This document shows, one piece after another, positions 1 to 8,512 of a DNA stretch of 64,000 nt. Source of the stretch: Candidatus Zixiibacteriota bacterium (GTDB lineage: Bacteria; Zixibacteria; MSB-5A5; UBA10806; 4484-95). Within the stretch, counting starts at the first letter, position 1. Each line of letters starts with the position of its first letter. The DNA lies in contig JBBIRK010000005.1 in NCBI GenBank assembly GCA_037441845.1, positions 160,001 to 224,000 on the forward strand. The letters are read 5' to 3'. Below the pieces are notes generated by a model. The model made no database searches, was not told where the DNA came from, and saw only the letters and a list, made by a program, of their open reading frames with translations. Both the position numbers and the translations under genes were made by a program.

Positions 1-1417
1 CGGGAAAGACGATCTCCCCGACTTTAGACAGCACGAGAATAACGACCGATAATGTAATACCAGCCGTAATACACCTCAGCATAAAAGCGAAATCCGCATG
101 TGAATATTTCAGCCCGTGCCTGAAAATCAACGTCGTCTCCATCAAAATAAACGAAAACACGAACATCGCCACGGTTCCACCGGCCAGCGCCAAAGCCCAA
201 TTGAGGTCGATGAATAAGAATGCGAATGCGATTTTCACCGCAAACGAGATAGCGCGGAACCCCAGAAGTTCGCGCATTTTGTTCATTGCGTAATATACGC
301 GCGATTGAATGAAATAGGCCGAGGCGAAGAACAGTCCGGCAAAATAATACCTAAGCGCTTTCACGGTTATGTCGGTGGAGTAACTATCGAATCTGCCGCG
401 CTGAAATATCAATTCGATAATCGGCCTGCTGAAAATAAGGCAAAAGACGGTTACCGGAATCAGCAGCGCGGCGCTGATACTTATGGCTCGATGATAAAGC
501 ATAGCTTGTTTGGTTCGATCGCCGCTTCTGGCGGCCTCTGCCAATGATGGAAAGATAGCGGCGCCAAGCGATAATACCAAGACTCGGAACGGCATCTGGC
601 TGACCATGCCTGCGTAGTAAATCGCCGAAACGAAACCGGCCTCCAAATAAAGTCCGCCGAAATACCGATCGAACGGATCGACCGCCATCCAAATGCTTTC
701 GATCAATATACTTCCGCCCAGAAGAATCGGGAACGAGACTCCGGAATCGGCATGCGTCTTCGATTCGACTTCGCTGTTCCGACAGATGAAATAGGCGGGA
801 ATCATCACCAATAACATCTCCACGAGCGTCCCTAATATCAACGCCAGCACGTATGCTGTTGGACCCAATATCGGGAAAAACGCAATCAAAATGGCGATAA
901 TCACGATATTGAAACCGATCGACGAATAAGCCGGAGCCACGAAATGGAAATTCGCCTGCAACTGGCTGGTGAAAACGGCCTGCAACGCCCGGATCGGAAT
1001 CAGCACGCAGAATAAATGCCCGAAGAATACGACCGTTTGTTTTTGTCCACTATCCAAACCTCGGGCGATCAGTTCAACCGCCATCGGGATCAACAGATAT
1101 ATCCCAGCCGCGGTCAACAAAGAGATTAAAAGGTTGGTGGTCACGAAAGACGATCGAAAAAAGCCGAGATTGGATCGGTTCGCTTTACCGGCTTGCAGAT
1201 AGGGGATTCCCGCGGAAGGCAAAGACATCAAAAAAATCGCCCCCACCATTGCCGGCAATGCCAGCGCGATCAGGATCGAATCGTACTCGACGCTGGTGCC
1301 GAGTTCGCTGGCAATCACCGATTCCCGAATCATGCCGAATAACTGAGAGACTATGGTAAAAAAAGAAATAAGCACCGATGCCTGTACGAAATTCTGCTTG
1401 GTGAAATTGAGTTTCAT
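1..1417 (-). CDS. murJ: MurJ/MviN-family lipid-linked oligosaccharide flippase (runs off left edge)
   Basis: Not in the ORF track. Manual translation from the ATG at 1417 gives MKLNFTKQNFVQASVLISFFTIVSQLFGMIRESVIASELGTSVEYDSILIALALP..., resembling the MurJ N-terminal G-x-x-R-E...G...D pattern, followed by many hydrophobic segments. Confidence 0.8.
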   Translation of the reverse strand, partial: MKLNFTKQNFVQASVLISFFTIVSQLFGMIRESVIASELGTSVEYDSILIALALPAMVGAIFLMSLPSAGIPYLQAGKANRSNLGFFRSSFVTTNLLISLLTAAGIYLLIPMAVELIARGLDSGQKQTVVFFGHLFCVLIPIRALQAVFTSQLQANFHFVAPAYSSIGFNIVIIAILIAFFPILGPTAYVLALILGTLVEMLLVMIPAYFICRNSEVESKTHADSGVSFPILLGGSILIESIWMAVDPFDRYFGGLYLEAGFVSAIYYAGMVSQMPFRVLVLSLGAAIFPSLAEAARSGDRTKQAMLYHRAISISAALLIPVTVFCLIFSRPIIELIFQRGRFDSYSTDITVKALRYYFAGLFFASAYFIQSRVYYAMNKMRELLGFRAISFAVKIAFAFLFIDLNWALALAGGTVAMFVFSFILMETTLIFRHGLKYSHADFAFMLRCITAGITLSVVILVLSKVGEIVFP

Positions 1418-1431
1418 GGCCGGCTAAGCAA

Positions 1432-2499
1432 TCAGACCAAATTCTGCAAAATGAGTTCAGCTATCGACGGCGCCGCTTGGCGGAAATAATCGGGGCCTGG
1501 CGAAAAGCGACCTCGCCATTCGAAATCAGCCGGCGGCAAATTCGCGCCGCCGCAAACCACCGAACCACATTCGACGAGTTCTATCCATTCGGTTTCCTCG
1601 CGCAAGAGCCACGTTCTCTTGCCGAAATAGGCCGATTCGCGCTGCAAACCGCCCGAATCCGTAATGATTCCCAACGCCATCTGAGTGAGGCCCAGGCTTT
1701 CCACGACCCCGATCGGTTGGCTTAATTTGACATTGGCGATCGCCGACAGGCGGTCGTAAAGGCCGTTCTCGATCAAATTTTTCCGGGTACGCGGATGAAC
1801 CGGGAAAAATACTTTTGCGGGAAGACGATGAAGATCGTCCACCAGCTTGGCCAAAAATTCGGGGTTGTCAACATTGCCGGCACGATGGGCGGTCAAATAG
1901 AAGAATTCATCGGGTCGTAGCTCGTATCTTTCCGCGATTTCGGCGGATGATTCAGGCGAGGGTTTGATCTTCTCGACGAGATCGTAGAGAATATCACCTG
2001 TGAGAAAAACCCCCTCAGCGATCCCTTCGATTTCGAGATTACGAACCGAGGAGCGTGTCGGGCAACAAAGCAGATCCGATAGTCTGTCGGTCAGCACTCT
2101 ATTGATCTGTTCGGGTATCCGTTTGTCTTTCGATCTCAAACCGGCCTCGATGTGAACCAGCGGAAGATTTTTTTGAGCCGCCGCAAGGGCGCCGGCGAGA
2201 GTACTGTTCGTATCGCCGATCACGATAACCCCGGTCGGGTTTTCTCTGGCGAACACCTTGTCAAGCTCGATCAACATCCCGGCGGTTTGTACAGTATTAT
2301 TGGCAGATCCGACGCCGAGAAAATAGTCGGGCCGAGGCAATCGCAACTGCTCGAAAAACAATTCCGACATTTCGAAATCGTAATGCTGCCCCGTATGAAT
2401 AATTATCAAGTGGACCTTTCCCCGTAGAATTTCGAAAAACGGGGATAGTTTTATGAATTGCGGTCGGGCGCCGACGACAACTGCAAGTTTGCTGCTCAC
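1432..2499 (-). CDS. wecB: Non-hydrolysing UDP-N-acetylglucosamine 2-epimerase family (WecB/WbpI-like)
   Basis: Motifs VVGARPQFIK, HTGQHYD, GDTNSTLAGA, HIEAGLRS, PEQINR, TDSGGLQRE. Likely start is the GTG at 2499, overlapping the upstream TGA (GTGA). Confidence 0.9.
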   Translation of the reverse strand: MSSKLAVVVGARPQFIKLSPFFEILRGKVHLIIIHTGQHYDFEMSELFFEQLRLPRPDYFLGVGSANNTVQTAGMLIELDKVFARENPTGVIVIGDTNSTLAGALAAAQKNLPLVHIEAGLRSKDKRIPEQINRVLTDRLSDLLCCPTRSSVRNLEIEGIAEGVFLTGDILYDLVEKIKPSPESSAEIAERYELRPDEFFYLTAHRAGNVDNPEFLAKLVDDLHRLPAKVFFPVHPRTRKNLIENGLYDRLSAIANVKLSQPIGVVESLGLTQMALGIITDSGGLQRESAYFGKRTWLLREETEWIELVECGSVVCGGANLPPADFEWRGRFSPGPDYFRQAAPSIAELILQNLV

Positions 2500-3602
2500 C
2501 TCCGATAAAATCCTTTTATCGTTTCGATCACATACGCCTGATGCGATTCGGGCATCTCCGGATAAATGGGTAGCGAAATCACTTTCTGCGAAAGCCTTTC
2601 GCAAACCGGCAGGTCGCCGAGCTTATAGCCGAGATCTTTATAACATTCCTGCAAATGCAGCGGTAAAGGATAATAGGTGTCGAAACCGATTTCTTTTTCT
2701 TTAAGGCAGGCCGCAAGTTTATCCCGATTTTCCACGATCAGCGTGTATTGATGATAAATGTGATAATTATGATCATAGACGAACGGCGTTTTCACGCCAT
2801 CGACACCGCCGAGTTCGGAATCGTAGATGCGAGCTTTCTCGCGGCGTCTTTCGTGCCATCGATTCAAATGATCCAGCTTGACCATCAATACGGCGGCCTG
2901 AATGGTATCCAAACGGCTGTTATATCCCACCATTTGATGATAATATTTCGGCTGAGATCCATGCACTCTGAGCTTGCGAAGTTTTTCCACGAGGACGTCG
3001 TCGCTTGTGGTTATGAATCCGGCATCACCATAGGCACCCAGATTCTTGCTCGGAAAACACGAAAAGCCGCCGGTGACGCCGATGCTCCCTGCAAGACGAT
3101 CGAAATACTTCGCGCCGATAGCCTGAGCCGCATCCTCGACTACCGGCAGATTGTAATGACCGGCGATTTCCAATATCTTGTCCATCCAAGCCATCTGCCC
3201 ATACAGATGGACCGGCATAATCGCTTTCGTGCGCTTGTTTATTTTTTCTTCTATTTGATTGGCGTTTATATTAAATGTCCGCTCGTCTGTGTCCACGAAT
3301 ACCGGTCTGGCGCCGAGACGTGAAATGACGCCTGCGGTCGCAAAAAATGTGAATGCCGAGGTGATTACTTCATCTCCCGGGCCGACTCCGAGGGCGCGCA
3401 ATGATAAAAGCAAGGCATCAGTTCCGGAAGCGACACCGACCGCGTATTTGGTGTGGCAATAGGCGGCCAATTTTTGCTCCAACAGACCGACTTCGGGACC
3501 CATTATGAATTTGCAATGATTTAGAACCGCCGCTATTGCGCTGTCGATTTCATTCTTGATCGACTCATACTGCGGCTTCAAATCTAAAAGTGGAACTTTC
3601 AT
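2496..3602 (-). CDS. DegT/DnrJ/EryC1/StrS PLP-dependent sugar aminotransferase (WbpE-like)
   Basis: ASGTDAL, EDAAQAIGA, SCFPSKNLGAYGDAG (PLP Lys), GYNSRLD, SLPIYP. Confidence 0.92.
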   Translation of the reverse strand: MKVPLLDLKPQYESIKNEIDSAIAAVLNHCKFIMGPEVGLLEQKLAAYCHTKYAVGVASGTDALLLSLRALGVGPGDEVITSAFTFFATAGVISRLGARPVFVDTDERTFNINANQIEEKINKRTKAIMPVHLYGQMAWMDKILEIAGHYNLPVVEDAAQAIGAKYFDRLAGSIGVTGGFSCFPSKNLGAYGDAGFITTSDDVLVEKLRKLRVHGSQPKYYHQMVGYNSRLDTIQAAVLMVKLDHLNRWHERRREKARIYDSELGGVDGVKTPFVYDHNYHIYHQYTLIVENRDKLAACLKEKEIGFDTYYPLPLHLQECYKDLGYKLGDLPVCERLSQKVISLPIYPEMPESHQAYVIETIKGFYRR

Positions 3603-3605
3603 GGC

Positions 3606-4358
3606 TTACTCCCAACCCTGATTTTCGAGCAACTGTTCGACCGGAACGTCCCTGAATTCTTTAGCCGGCACTCCGGCCATTATTTTACGCGGGGGCGTAT
3701 CCGATGTAATCAAAGCGCCGGCGGCGACAAGGCAATCCTCGCCGATCGTTTTGCCGGGCAAAATAACCGCTCCCACACCGATCCGGCCGCCCTTTTTTAC
3801 GGTGACACCTTTGAAATACTTGAACCTTTCTTTGGTTCTGCCGACGAAATTGTCATTGGAGGTTGCCACACAGGGGGCCATGAACACTCGATCTTCGATT
3901 TTCGAGTAAGCGGTCACGTAGACATTCGTTTCGAGCTTGCAGTAGTTTCCTATTTCGCAGAAATTCTCGATCGTGACACCCCGCCCGACGATCGTGAAAT
4001 TTCCCACGGTCACGTTTTCGCGAACCGAGGATAGATCCGCGACCAGAACCTTGTTACCGATTTTACAGCCTCGATAAATCACCACCGAGGTTCCGATTAT
4101 GCAATTATCACCGATCACCAGCGGAGGCAGCTCTTGTTCTTTGGTGGTGGCGCTCTGGGCTGCCTTCATCGGCGATTTACCCAGGACCGCATGATCATCG
4201 ATACGGACCGCCGCCCCGATCCGACTGTCATCGTGGATTATCACTCCATTGCCTATAACGCAACCCGGGCCTATATAGACGTTCTTGCCGATAACGCAAT
4301 ATTCGCCTATTATGGTGTCTTTGCCTATACTGGCGGATTTGTCAACTATGCTCGACAT
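3606..4358 (-). CDS. Hexapeptide-repeat sugar N-acetyltransferase (WbpD-like)
   Basis: Repeated IGxxxx hexapeptides plus TSND and AGVPAK motifs. An AGGAG Shine-Dalgarno precedes the ATG at 4358. Confidence 0.85.
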   Translation of the reverse strand: MSSIVDKSASIGKDTIIGEYCVIGKNVYIGPGCVIGNGVIIHDDSRIGAAVRIDDHAVLGKSPMKAAQSATTKEQELPPLVIGDNCIIGTSVVIYRGCKIGNKVLVADLSSVRENVTVGNFTIVGRGVTIENFCEIGNYCKLETNVYVTAYSKIEDRVFMAPCVATSNDNFVGRTKERFKYFKGVTVKKGGRIGVGAVILPGKTIGEDCLVAAGALITSDTPPRKIMAGVPAKEFRDVPVEQLLENQGWE

Positions 4359-4369
4359 ATGACTCCTAT

Positions 4370-5395
4370 TCATTTCGGCGGGGGAATCGCAACGGGGATA
4401 CCGCCCTGGTCAAGCGATGCCTGCGCCGCCTGCAAAACGTTAAGCACTCGCAGCCCGTCTCGGCCGTCGGAAATCGGCGTTGTTCTGTGAATAATGCAAT
4501 CGAGAAAATGCCGGCATTCAGCCTGCAGCGGTTCGCCGCCTTGAATGCGCGGCAGGACTATATCCCCGATACGCAAACCAAGATATTCGCCGAATGTAGA
4601 ATAATCGAGACGACTGTTCACACCTCTGTCATAAAGCCAGATTTTCTCGCTGGCCTCGGTATCATCGAAAACGGCCATTTTTTTCGAACCAACTATGGTC
4701 AATTTACGCTCTTTGTGAGGATCAAGCCAGCTCACGTGGACATGAGCCATCTTGCCATCGGCGAAATGCAATGTCATGAACGTGACATCCTCGATATGGT
4801 CTTGCAAATACGATGCGCCGGTGGCGTTCACCCGGCAAGGCATATCATCCAGCAGGTAAAGCATCAATGAAATATCGTGCGGAGCGAAACTCCATAGGCT
4901 GTTTTCGCAATCACGCACTTTGCCGAGATTGATTCTTTGCGAATAAAGGTAGTAAATCTTTCCCAGCTCTCCGTTGACGATATATTTTTTAAGAAGCGTT
5001 GTCGCCGGGTGATGAAGCATTATGTGTCCCACCATCAATATCCGGCCCAGTTTTTCGGCCATTTCGACCAACTGCAATCCGTCAGCCGGATCAAGCACGA
5101 AAGGTTTTTCCACGAACACGTCCTTGCCGGCCTCAAGCGCGCTCTTGGCCATTTCGAAATGAAGCGCCGGCGGCGTGGCGATCACCACCGCTTTTATGGC
5201 TGAGTCATCGAGAATGTCATCGTATTTATCGCTGAACTTTATCCCGGGATAACTTTCGGATAGTTTGCCGAGAACCGCGGCGTTGGTATCGCAGGCGGTT
5301 TTCACCCGGCATCGCCCCAACCCGGCGAAATTGCGCAAGAGATTCTTGCCCCAATCACCAAGCCCCACCTGGCCGATTTCAATTATATCAGCCAT
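4370..5395 (-). CDS. Gfo/Idh/MocA oxidoreductase (WbpB-like sugar 3-dehydrogenase)
   Basis: VGLGDWG Rossmann motif, VFVEKP, SFAPHD, VSWLDPHK. Confidence 0.88.
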   Translation of the reverse strand: MADIIEIGQVGLGDWGKNLLRNFAGLGRCRVKTACDTNAAVLGKLSESYPGIKFSDKYDDILDDSAIKAVVIATPPALHFEMAKSALEAGKDVFVEKPFVLDPADGLQLVEMAEKLGRILMVGHIMLHHPATTLLKKYIVNGELGKIYYLYSQRINLGKVRDCENSLWSFAPHDISLMLYLLDDMPCRVNATGASYLQDHIEDVTFMTLHFADGKMAHVHVSWLDPHKERKLTIVGSKKMAVFDDTEASEKIWLYDRGVNSRLDYSTFGEYLGLRIGDIVLPRIQGGEPLQAECRHFLDCIIHRTTPISDGRDGLRVLNVLQAAQASLDQGGIPVAIPPPK

Positions 5396-6638
5396 TGCGT
5401 TTGTTTCGGCTGCGATTCAGAAACGTCCGTACAGCCAGAAAGTCTTGGCCCGCGAGCTCGGCCAACTTTTCCAATTGACGATAGGTTTCGCTGCCGGCGT
5501 TCTTATGTCTTTCGACGAATTCACTGATGAAGGCGATTACCGAAGTAAGGGCGATGCTGAGAAAGCCGGCCATCAAAGCCATAATAACTCTTCGGGGACC
5601 GCTCTTTTTTTCGGGCGGCCGCGGAGGATCGAGTACCTGAATCGTCGGCGTGTCTTTCTTTTCTTGGATTTTCGCTTGTTCGTACTGCTGGGTTAACAGC
5701 TCGAACACGGTCGATTGAATTTTAAGCTCTCGGGTAAGGCGGGCAAGTTCAAGCCCCACATTGGGAGCTTCCGAAACCGGTATGGACATGGCGTCGTAGG
5801 AGGAGTCGGCGGGTCCTTCCTCAAGCAGACTTATCTGCCGCTTAATCTCTTGAATTTTAGCTTCCTGTTGTCTAACGCTCGTATGCGACGGTAGGAAAGT
5901 CCGCTTCAAAACACCTGCTTCGATCTCAGCAAGAACCAATTGCCCTTTCAATTCGGCTATATTGCCGATAATAGCTTTCATCTGTTCGTCAAGTGCAACC
6001 GCTTTATGTTCCTCTTGAAATTTGCGATAATCCTCCTCGGCGCGGGCAAGCTCGTTCCTTGTCTGTTCAAGCCTTTCCTCGACGAATTTCCGAGTGGCGG
6101 TGGCCTGAGCCGCATTAGCCTCGCTGGATACTTTATTCAATTCGGCGATTATCGTTTCGAGAATAGCCGCTGCTGCAATCGGATCGCGATCCTCGAAAGA
6201 AGCTTTCAGCATGCCGTTAGGCTCCACCGCCACGCCCAAATGACCGGCGAAAATATCCAGCGCCTTTTCCGTGGATGTGACTCCATATTTTTGCATGAGG
6301 TTATGTTTAATCACCACTCTTTCGGCAACGGTTCTGCTTTTTAGAATTGCCCCGTAAAGATCGGACGGCGTGGCGAACGTGGGCAATGCCATGCTAAATC
6401 CACTCGATAATCCCCCTATGCCCGCACCTAGCAGCGAGGCTATACCGGCGCTTGTATCACGTTGCGGTGGGAAAAGAGTCGCCCTGGCCATGTAGTTATT
6501 GGGCAAAAACAGCGAAACCAAAAAGGTAAAAGCGGAAGTCGCCAAGAAAGACACGAATAAAATCCGGCGCCAGCGCATGAACACCAAGATGATATTCCAA
6601 AATACGCCTGTTTGTCCGGTTCCATCAGGCATATACAA
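5388..6638 (-). CDS. Wzz/GumC-like polysaccharide co-polymerase (chain-length determinant)
   Basis: N- and C-terminal TM helices, a coiled-coil periplasmic region, and IQVLDPPRPPEKKSGPRR (Pro-rich motif before TM2). Confidence 0.85.
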   Translation of the reverse strand: MYMPDGTGQTGVFWNIILVFMRWRRILFVSFLATSAFTFLVSLFLPNNYMARATLFPPQRDTSAGIASLLGAGIGGLSSGFSMALPTFATPSDLYGAILKSRTVAERVVIKHNLMQKYGVTSTEKALDIFAGHLGVAVEPNGMLKASFEDRDPIAAAAILETIIAELNKVSSEANAAQATATRKFVEERLEQTRNELARAEEDYRKFQEEHKAVALDEQMKAIIGNIAELKGQLVLAEIEAGVLKRTFLPSHTSVRQQEAKIQEIKRQISLLEEGPADSSYDAMSIPVSEAPNVGLELARLTRELKIQSTVFELLTQQYEQAKIQEKKDTPTIQVLDPPRPPEKKSGPRRVIMALMAGFLSIALTSVIAFISEFVERHKNAGSETYRQLEKLAELAGQDFLAVRTFLNRSRNKRNG

Positions 6639-6640
6639 AC

Positions 6641-8326
6641 CTACTTGGTCGCTTCCTTGACCACCAAATACACTGTGGCCAGGTTTCCCGCAAAAACCAG
6701 CACATCCTTAATCGTGCCGATATAATTGACTTTCTTCTTCTCCGGCACGAGAATCGTATCGCCGGGATCCAATTTGCTCTTTTTGGACGCTTTCTGCCAT
6801 TCGCCGGTGACCCCTTTTATTATTTTTACTTGGGATTTTTTCGCTCGAAAGGAAAAGCCTCCGGCTAGTTCGATATAATCGAGGTAGTTGCGATTAGGAC
6901 TGTAACTTAACAGCCCGGGATTGGCCACTTCGCCGGAAACGTTTACGACCTCGCTGATTTTGGGAATCACGATAAAATCGCCGTCCCGCAATTTAATGTC
7001 GCCCCGGCCGGATCGGAATAACTCGGTGAAATTGACCGATACGCGCCCCGGCTTCTGCCTGGCCTTCATTTTGTAATATTCATACTCAAGTTCGGTCATG
7101 TCCTCGACCTGCATCGATTTGAGCCGTTCGAATTCGCGATCTTTGACTTCTTCAGAAGTATATCTAGTCATCTCCGCCTCGGCCAACGATGCAAGCTCGG
7201 TGAACCCACCCGCGAGCCTGATTACTTGCGAAAGGTAGGTGGATTCCGGCACGATAGAATAAAAGCCCGGACTTTTGACTTGGCCCAATATCAACACCAT
7301 CTGCTTATCGTGAAATTCCCGCTTGATCCCAATGAACACCCGATCATCGGGTTTAAGATGTAGGTCGGGCAATTCCCCCTTGAGTATTCGGCCGAGCGGA
7401 ACCTTAATCGATGATGTGGTTACGGCATCGGCATTAAACCGAACGATTTCCGAGCTCGATGAATCGGCATCCAGAGACAGCCCGTGTCCAAGCATGATCA
7501 GGTCTTTGAGAGAATCACGCGGAGAATATTCATAAAACCCGGGATTACGAACCCCGCCGAATATTCCGTAAAGATTAATTTTCTTCTCCCGCAAAGGAAC
7601 GAAAACCCGGTCGCCGTCGGCGAGGGTGAAGTTGTATCTCAAATCACCGAAAATTTCAAATCGCAGAACGTCCGCCGTATCGGTTCGGCCGTCCAGATGC
7701 GTTACCAGTATGTTTCTATGCGAGGCGACCCCGGGAGGCGGATAACCCCGATACTGCTCGCCGCTCATTAAACCAGCCGGTGATTCTTCCCCGATGAACC
7801 CTCCGGCAAGAGCGATGATTTCGGACACTCTGGTGACAGCGTTGGCGGCGACGACACCCGGAGATTTCACCGCCCCGCCTACATAAACCCTGAATTTCCG
7901 CAGGCCGGTCAAATCGGTCACCGCCTGAACATTTCGGTATCTTTGAAGCAGTTCATTTTCGAGCAGCCGCTTGGCTTCGGAAAGGCTCAACCCCGCTACG
8001 CTCACAGGTCCGATTGTCGGCAAAAGGACATTCCCCTCGGGGGTTATGGTCAAATCATACTGGGCCTGAACATTACCCCAAATGAATATGGTCAGGTCAT
8101 CGCCCGGGCCAAGGCGGTAATTCTCCGGGTCGATCGGACTATCCAACGGCAGATACTGTGAACCCTTGCGCTCAAGATTCAGCATCGCCGCTTTTTCAGC
8201 CAGATCGGATTGTTTTTCCTCGGCAAAAAGCAAGCTTGAAATCGAAATATTAAATAAGAACAATGATATAAATAACCGTAGACAGTTTAAGGTTTTTTGC
8301 CTTGAAAATTCGAATTTTATTTTCAA
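6641..8326 (-). CDS. Polysaccharide export protein with Poly_export and multiple SLBB domains
   Basis: Signal peptide, YRLGPGD Poly_export motif, repeated V-x-G-x-V-x-x-PG and LAGGF SLBB motifs, LDPGDTILVP. Confidence 0.85.
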   Translation of the reverse strand: MKIKFEFSRQKTLNCLRLFISLFLFNISISSLLFAEEKQSDLAEKAAMLNLERKGSQYLPLDSPIDPENYRLGPGDDLTIFIWGNVQAQYDLTITPEGNVLLPTIGPVSVAGLSLSEAKRLLENELLQRYRNVQAVTDLTGLRKFRVYVGGAVKSPGVVAANAVTRVSEIIALAGGFIGEESPAGLMSGEQYRGYPPPGVASHRNILVTHLDGRTDTADVLRFEIFGDLRYNFTLADGDRVFVPLREKKINLYGIFGGVRNPGFYEYSPRDSLKDLIMLGHGLSLDADSSSSEIVRFNADAVTTSSIKVPLGRILKGELPDLHLKPDDRVFIGIKREFHDKQMVLILGQVKSPGFYSIVPESTYLSQVIRLAGGFTELASLAEAEMTRYTSEEVKDREFERLKSMQVEDMTELEYEYYKMKARQKPGRVSVNFTELFRSGRGDIKLRDGDFIVIPKISEVVNVSGEVANPGLLSYSPNRNYLDYIELAGGFSFRAKKSQVKIIKGVTGEWQKASKKSKLDPGDTILVPEKKKVNYIGTIKDVLVFAGNLATVYLVVKEATK

Positions 8327-8383
8327 TTTTCCACCATTGACTTAATCAGGAAATTCAAGACGAATTTTTCACATCGAGTGCCT

Positions 8384-8411
8384 AATATAGATGGCGGACC
8401 GATATAGTCAA
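8384..8411 (-). promoter_or_regulatory. Sigma70-like promoter for the polysaccharide operon
   Basis: Minus strand TTGACT-N16-TATATT upstream of the SLBB gene. Confidence 0.5.
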
Positions 8412-8512
8412 GACCTTTTGGCGAATCAAGAGCCTTTGCGATGCCATTCGGAAAGAGATTTCCGTCCGCGATTCGAAAACTTTTGGTCATTCGTGCGATT
8501 CCGTCACGAAAG

